From Mobula birostris (Eukaryota): a DNA stretch of 64,000 bases. Location of the stretch: NCBI RefSeq assembly GCF_030028105.1, contig NC_092379.1, forward strand, positions 25,723,821 through 25,787,820, given 5' to 3'. The translations under genes and the position numbers were made by a program. This document shows, in pieces, positions 62,961 to 64,000 of this stretch. Position 1 is the stretch's first letter, and each line of letters starts with the position of its first letter. The notes under the pieces are model-generated. The model had not been told where the DNA came from. It saw only the letters and a program-made list of their open reading frames with translations, and did no database searches.

Positions 62961-64000
62961 GGATTTACGGCCAAATGTTGAAGAATATTTTATTTGATAG
63001 AGTGGTAAAATAGATAATAACCTGAAAGATTTCGGGAAGCAAGTATTCAGCACTAGAGGACGGTAGAGCGAATGCACAAAAGCACCAGCTAGTCGTCCCA
63101 TCCATTGGTCTCTCAAATTTCTAAAATAATCGCGCGCCTGAAGCTCTCTTGCCGGCATATTTGTTTTTTTTTCTTCCCCCATCAACCTCTAGCCATTAAT
63201 AACTGCCGCAGGGCTACATTTTACACCGGACATTAATTATCATCCATCACCAACATTCAGGACTACAGCCAGTCTATCAGGATGAGGCAAAGTTTCACGT
63301 GAAATTTCATCGGTATCATTTATAGTAAAAAAAAATTCCGCAGTCTTATGCAGCGCAATCTGCGTCACTGAAACATGACCTAGATTGGCCTTCGCTTCCT
63401 CAAGCCCTTCGCACCACCTGCGGCAACCGATGTCTTCTGGTAGTGAACCGCTTCAACTGCATTTGCAACCCACACAACTGTGTTTCCATCCGCGGTCTCG
63501 TTCACTTCCAGGTGCAACCTAGTTGCATATTTTGGGAAGAACAAACAATATTCCAATCAGAAAACTCGAAGCTCACGGTATTAAAAATTATTTTTCTCCC
63601 CGCTTCTGGTAAGCACACCACTCTGGTATCCTCCACTCCATTTTTTTTTTTTCCTTTCTGTTACGGGGTCTTTACTTCTCCATGTTGAAGTCGCCACTCT
63701 ACAGCTTGATCAATATTCTCAACAGCTGTTCTCTCTTTTCGCATGTCATTCCTTATATTGCATGAGATCTGTATTTTCATATTAGATTTCTTATTTTACT
63801 GCCTCTCCGTCCCGACCTGCATGCTGTCAGTATTTTTGTAAGTTTAGATTCCTGAGCACTGCTGCCTTCCCGTCTCCCTTGAATTCTATTATCACTGGCC
63901 AGCTCCTGCTGATCCCCACATTACTAGCATTTGATCCTTATCTTTCTGTCAGGATGATAAGTTTCGGTGCGAAAATTCGAATATTTATTTTTTCTTAATA

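Noticed and set aside
63412-63430. Reverse CTCF-like GCCGCAGGTGGTGC
   Set aside because: Three core mismatches, and no paralog or positional support.

Overview
Vertebrate genomic DNA, inferred to be from a cartilaginous fish (probably a ray) on the basis of repeat style; no database check was possible. It is most likely part of the V array of a T-cell receptor alpha/delta locus. Two paralogous TRAV/TRDV-type V segments lie on the + strand (26759-27241 and 40505-40987). Each has a leader exon, an 88-bp intron, a V exon and a non-canonical 23-RSS, and each sits in one copy of a head-to-tail tandem duplication of about 13.6 kb (24114-37848 and 37855-51360). Exactly 22 bp behind both RSS nonamers is an identical CTCF-like 19-mer in a CpG-rich patch that is better conserved than the V exon; this is the most interesting signal. 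Two heavily decayed V-like relics are proposed with low to moderate confidence (about 22528-22847 and 62274-62665). The rest is transposon-derived. A + strand CR1 is split by a near full-length L1 (2877-8702) and by a Gmr1-type Gypsy provirus with integrase ahead of RT (9969-17766). There are also other CR1, Rex1/Babar, R4-like, hAT-MITE, solo-LTR and Penelope-type pieces, one Penelope insertion carrying a minimal hammerhead ribozyme motif. No D, J or C segments were found. Three N-gaps coincide with microsatellite sites. All family calls come from motif recognition by eye, and identities are hand estimates unless a count is given.
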